From: an uncultured Bacteroidales bacterium
GTDB lineage: Bacteria; Pseudomonadota; Alphaproteobacteria; Rs-D84
Assembly (NCBI GenBank): GCA_964514455.1
Contig: CAZEWI010000032.1
Span: forward strand, 1 to 8,780
DNA length: 8,780 nucleotides
Reading direction: 5' to 3'
Shown: one piece after another, positions 5,731-8,780 of the stretch
Layout: each line of letters begins with the position of its first letter
Numbering within the stretch: position 1 is the stretch's first letter
Made by a program: the position numbers and the translations under genes
The notes under the pieces: generated by a model
What the model was told of the DNA's origin: nothing
The model's input: the letters and a program-made list of their open reading frames with translations, nothing else
Databases searched by the model: none

Positions 5731-6515
5731 ACACGCATTGTCATTTAATATACGAAGGTTTAATTGAAAGAGAATCCCAGATTTTAGAAGATGCGAAACA
5801 AAACAGAGTTGGAAAAATGATATGTGTATCGGCACATAGCGATGATTTTTTAGCCATAGATGAAATCACAAAAAAATATGAAAACATCTACGGAAGTTTA
5901 GGGGTTCATCCAGATTATGCTGACCAAGAAATTGATTATGATTTAATGAAAACATTGGCAAATGGAAATAAAAAAATAGTTGGGGTTGGGGAAACAGGAC
6001 TTGATTATTACGAAGAAAAAAATCATTCAGAAGAAATGAAAAAATCGCAAGCGAAAGTATTTATAAAACATATAGACCTTGCGAAGACATTGAATTTGCC
6101 AGTAATAATTCATACAAGGGACGCAGCAGCAGATACAGAAAATATATTAAAAACTGAATACAAAAAATCCGAATTCAAGGCAGTAATGCATTGTTATACA
6201 GGCTCATGGGAGAGTACGAAAAATTTGCTAGATCTTGGATTTTATTTTTCTGCAAGCGGAATTTTAACATTCAAAAATGCGGACCGAGTTCGTGAAACAT
6301 TTTCAAAAATTCCAATGGATAGAATTGTAATTGAAACGGATTCTCCATACTGTGCTCCTGTTCCATTTCGTGGAAAAACAAACGAACCAGCATTTGTAGT
6401 TGAAACTGCAAAAGTATTAGCAGGGGTTAAAAATCTTGACATATCTGAATTAGAAACTATACTAGAAAATAATTCAAATAAATTATTTAACGGATTAAAA
6501 AACACGAATGACTAA
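5721..6515 (+). CDS. tatD: TatD-family metal-dependent hydrolase/DNase (YcfH-like)
   Basis: 264 aa. All TatD metal-ligand motifs are present: FIDTHCHL, GVGETGLDY, VIIHTRDA, VMHCYTGS and VIETDSPY. It overlaps the holB end by 10 nt. Confidence 0.9.
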   Translation: MFIDTHCHLIYEGLIERESQILEDAKQNRVGKMICVSAHSDDFLAIDEITKKYENIYGSLGVHPDYADQEIDYDLMKTLANGNKKIVGVGETGLDYYEEKNHSEEMKKSQAKVFIKHIDLAKTLNLPVIIHTRDAAADTENILKTEYKKSEFKAVMHCYTGSWESTKNLLDLGFYFSASGILTFKNADRVRETFSKIPMDRIVIETDSPYCAPVPFRGKTNEPAFVVETAKVLAGVKNLDISELETILENNSNKLFNGLKNTND

Positions 6516-6987
6516 TAAAAGAACAAACATAATAAATCATGGGATAGTATCGCAGAATCGGAAAGCGAACTTCAATTATGATATCAAGGACACATTGGAG
6601 GCTGGCCTTGTTTTGTATGGCAGTGAAGTAAAATCGCTTCGTGCAGGAATGAGTAATATAACGGAAGCATTTGTTCAAAATAAAAATCGTGAAATGATAT
6701 TAGCGAACAGTTTAATTACACCATTAAAAACGACGAACAATTATTTTACACACGAAGAACGTAGATATAGGAAACTATTGCTTCATAAAAAACAGATAAA
6801 CAAGATGATAGGCCTATTAAATGAAAAAGGGGCAACAATAGTTCCCTTAAAATTATACTTTGACAATCGCGGACGGGCAAAAGTATTGCTTGGGATTGGC
6901 TATGGTAAGAACAAAGCGGACAAAAGGGAATCCATAAAACAGAAAGAATGGAATCGCACAAAATCCAGACTATTAAAAAACGGCTAA
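6508..6987 (+). CDS. smpB: SsrA-binding protein SmpB (trans-translation)
   Basis: 159 aa. Motifs: NRKANFNYDIKDTLEAGLVLYGSEVKSLRAG, RKLLLHKKQINKM, TIVPLKLYF.NRGRAKVLLGIGYGK, and a basic C-terminal tail. It overlaps the tatD end by 8 nt (ATGACTAA). Confidence 0.95.
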   Translation: MTNKRTNIINHGIVSQNRKANFNYDIKDTLEAGLVLYGSEVKSLRAGMSNITEAFVQNKNREMILANSLITPLKTTNNYFTHEERRYRKLLLHKKQINKMIGLLNEKGATIVPLKLYFDNRGRAKVLLGIGYGKNKADKRESIKQKEWNRTKSRLLKNG

Positions 6988-6998
6988 AAATATAAACC

Positions 6999-7027
6999 TT
7001 GCATTTTTTCCTAAAAAAACTTAAAAT
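6999..7027 (+). promoter_or_regulatory. Candidate sigma70-type promoter for the olsB/olsA-like pair: TTGCAT-N17-TAAAAT
   Basis: ttgcat at 6999-7004, a 17-nt spacer, taaaat at 7022-7027. The SD AGGA (7043-7046) lies 7 nt before the ATG at 7054. This is the only sizeable gap inside the plus-strand gene string. Pattern match only. Confidence 0.4.
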
Positions 7028-7053
7028 GAGAGAACAAAGAAAAGGATTTTACT

Positions 7054-7941
7054 ATGACAAAAATTGGCGAATACGAATTTAGATTAGCACGATCAAAAGA
7101 AGACCGAAAATTAGTCAGGGAACTTCGTTATAAAGTATTCATAGAAGAAGACGGTGCAATTCCAACCGAAGAACAAAAGGCACTTGGCGAAGAATATGAC
7201 CCATATGATGAGTATTGTGATTACATTTTAATTTTGCATAATAAACCTGATGCGGAAAAACCAATTATTGCTGGGACATACAGAATTATCAACCGCGAGC
7301 AAGCGGAAAAGATGAACGGCTTTTATACGGAAACGGAATACGATATTAAAAAGATAAAAAAGCACAGCGGAAACATTGCTGAATTATCTCGTGCCTGTGT
7401 TCATCCGGATTACAGGGGAGGAATCGTAATAAAATTATTGTGGATGGCCTTGGCGAAATATGTGATAAAAAATAAGATAAGTTTATTATTCGGAGTTGCA
7501 AGTTTTATTGGAACGAACCCGGGGAAATATGCGATGGGAATTTCGTATTTATATTATAAAAGACTTGCACCATTAAGGCTCAGAGCAATAGTAAATTCCG
7601 AGGAAATGACAAGAATGAATTTACTACCAAAGGAATACATTGATGAAAATCTGGCTTTAGAACAAATGGGCCCTGTGTTAAAGGGCTATTTAAGACTTGG
7701 CGGAGTATTTGGCAAGGGTGTATATGTAGATAAACCATTCAACACCTGCGATGTATTTGTATTGATAGAAACAAGAAAAGTAAATAAAACATATCAAAAA
7801 TTTTTCACAGGCAAAGAAAATGCCTTTGAATCAATTCCAGAAAAGAACAAAGGCCTATTGCCAAAATTTTTTGGATTATTATCATTGCCAATAGATATGA
7901 TGGGGGCGATATACGAAGCAATCAAAAAAGATGAGGAGTAA
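7054..7941 (+). CDS. olsB: OlsB-like GNAT-family N-acyltransferase (lyso-ornithine-lipid/aminolipid synthase family, often annotated as putative hemolysin)
   Basis: 295 aa. Resemblance to OlsB as I recall it: FRLARSKEDRKLVRELRYKVFIEE, IAGTYRII, NGFYTETEYDI, ELSRACVHPDYRGG and LLFGVASF.G. It is followed 2 nt later by a PlsC-family acyltransferase, the classic olsBA arrangement. Head-group specificity cannot be read from the sequence. Confidence 0.7.
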   Translation: MTKIGEYEFRLARSKEDRKLVRELRYKVFIEEDGAIPTEEQKALGEEYDPYDEYCDYILILHNKPDAEKPIIAGTYRIINREQAEKMNGFYTETEYDIKKIKKHSGNIAELSRACVHPDYRGGIVIKLLWMALAKYVIKNKISLLFGVASFIGTNPGKYAMGISYLYYKRLAPLRLRAIVNSEEMTRMNLLPKEYIDENLALEQMGPVLKGYLRLGGVFGKGVYVDKPFNTCDVFVLIETRKVNKTYQKFFTGKENAFESIPEKNKGLLPKFFGLLSLPIDMMGAIYEAIKKDEE

Positions 7942-7943
7942 TA

Positions 7944-8780
7944 ATGAAAGCAATAAAAACAACCATCATAAATATATTTGCAGGAATAAAACTTTTTTTA
8001 ATTTTTTTAGTATTAGCAATCCAAGTTCCATTATTTTTATTGACACAATTTAATCAAAAATTGGCCTATTTACAAACAAAACTTGCCTTAAAAATGATAG
8101 CGGGATTAGTAGGGATTCATGTAAAAATATACGGAAAACCTGATACACATCACCCACTATTGATAATCAGCAATCACATATCATACTTGGATATTTTCTC
8201 AATGGGGGCAAACTTAAAGGGGGTATTTGTTGGCAAGGCAGAGATTAAAACATGGCCACTTGTTGGCTGGCTAGCGAAACAAGCGAAAGTATTATTTATG
8301 GATCGCCGTCCAAGCCAAGCACAAAATATGGTAAAATCATTAAAGCAAAGATTTGAAAACTCAAAACTACCAATGGTCTTGTATCCCGAGGGAACAACAA
8401 CGAACGGCACCTATGTAAAGGACTTCAAATCCAGTTTATTTAATTTTATGGAGCCACAACTTGCAGGCGAAAAAACAGATTTACCAGAAATAAAGATTCA
8501 ACCTATAACAATAATTTACCGCGATAAAAACGGCAGAAAATTATCGGAAAAAGAGATTTCAAAATTGGCATGGTTTGATAATGAAAAAATAGACCAAGGC
8601 CCAAAAAGCGAAAGAAATTTACCATTATTGACTCACCTATTTTCAGTATTAAAGAAAGGCGGATTTATAACCGAAATTCATTATTTACCAACTGCAAATT
8701 TAACTGGAATTACCGACAGAAAAACATTAGCGAAAGACCTACAAAAATTAGTTTCCGATAAATTTGAAACCATAAAATAA
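7944..8780 (+). CDS. olsA: OlsA-like lysophospholipid/lyso-aminolipid O-acyltransferase (PlsC/LPLAT family)
   Basis: 278 aa. N-terminal TM helix (IFAGIKLFLIFLVLAIQVPLFLL), HX4D motif NHISYLD and YPEGTTTNG motif. The SD GAGGAG (7931-7936) lies 7 nt before the ATG. The TAA stop is at the last base of the window. The olsA assignment rests on adjacency to the olsB-like gene; a generic plsC paralog cannot be excluded. Confidence 0.65.
   Translation: MKAIKTTIINIFAGIKLFLIFLVLAIQVPLFLLTQFNQKLAYLQTKLALKMIAGLVGIHVKIYGKPDTHHPLLIISNHISYLDIFSMGANLKGVFVGKAEIKTWPLVGWLAKQAKVLFMDRRPSQAQNMVKSLKQRFENSKLPMVLYPEGTTTNGTYVKDFKSSLFNFMEPQLAGEKTDLPEIKIQPITIIYRDKNGRKLSEKEISKLAWFDNEKIDQGPKSERNLPLLTHLFSVLKKGGFITEIHYLPTANLTGITDRKTLAKDLQKLVSDKFETIK

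Noticed and set aside
6988-7053. A tmRNA (ssrA) gene next to smpB, as seen in many genomes.
   Set aside because: Only 66 nt separate smpB from the next gene. This is far too short for either a one-piece or a two-piece tmRNA, and no tRNA-like acceptor/T-arm sequence is visible.
1-8780. A defence island, toxin-antitoxin module, prophage, transposon or other accessory system.
   Set aside because: Every ORF of meaningful length has a confident housekeeping assignment. No integrase, transposase or nuclease-helicase modules, orphan small-gene pairs or tRNA-flanked boundaries are present. The only compositional anomaly is the short repeat cluster at the left edge.

Overview
This is a tightly packed, AT-rich housekeeping region. 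Protein motifs and gene neighbourhood suggest a reduced alphaproteobacterial genome (Rickettsiales/Holosporales-like or similarly streamlined); that lineage call is an inference, not a database result. The minus strand carries rsmE. The plus strand carries ftsQ, a single 614-aa frame joining FtsA to ribulose-phosphate 3-epimerase (Rpe), a PBP5/6-type D-Ala-D-Ala carboxypeptidase, holB, a tatD-family hydrolase, smpB and an olsB/olsA-like aminolipid acyltransferase pair. Four gene junctions are stop/start overlaps, and real intergenic DNA occurs only at 837-945, 3483-3520 and 6988-7053. I see no rRNA, tRNA, tmRNA, CRISPR array, transposase, integrase, toxin-antitoxin pair or recognisable defence genes, and I cannot support a novel multi-gene system here. 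The most unusual feature is the FtsA-Rpe fusion. Its junction lies exactly on an A8 run that contains an in-frame A_AAA_AAG heptamer, and both alternative frames terminate almost immediately after it. The fusion could therefore be real, a homopolymer sequencing error, or a slippage-conditional product. Also notable is the GC-rich left edge (86 G/C in the first 160 nt by my count). It holds nested hairpins, a homopurine mirror repeat and two tandem ~51-nt hairpin elements, the second running into the 3' end of rsmE. Smaller observations are eroded nucleotide-binding glycine motifs in the FtsA part, an SxN to SGG change in the carboxypeptidase, a possible leaderless rsmE mRNA, and a broken dcw cluster lacking ddl and ftsZ.
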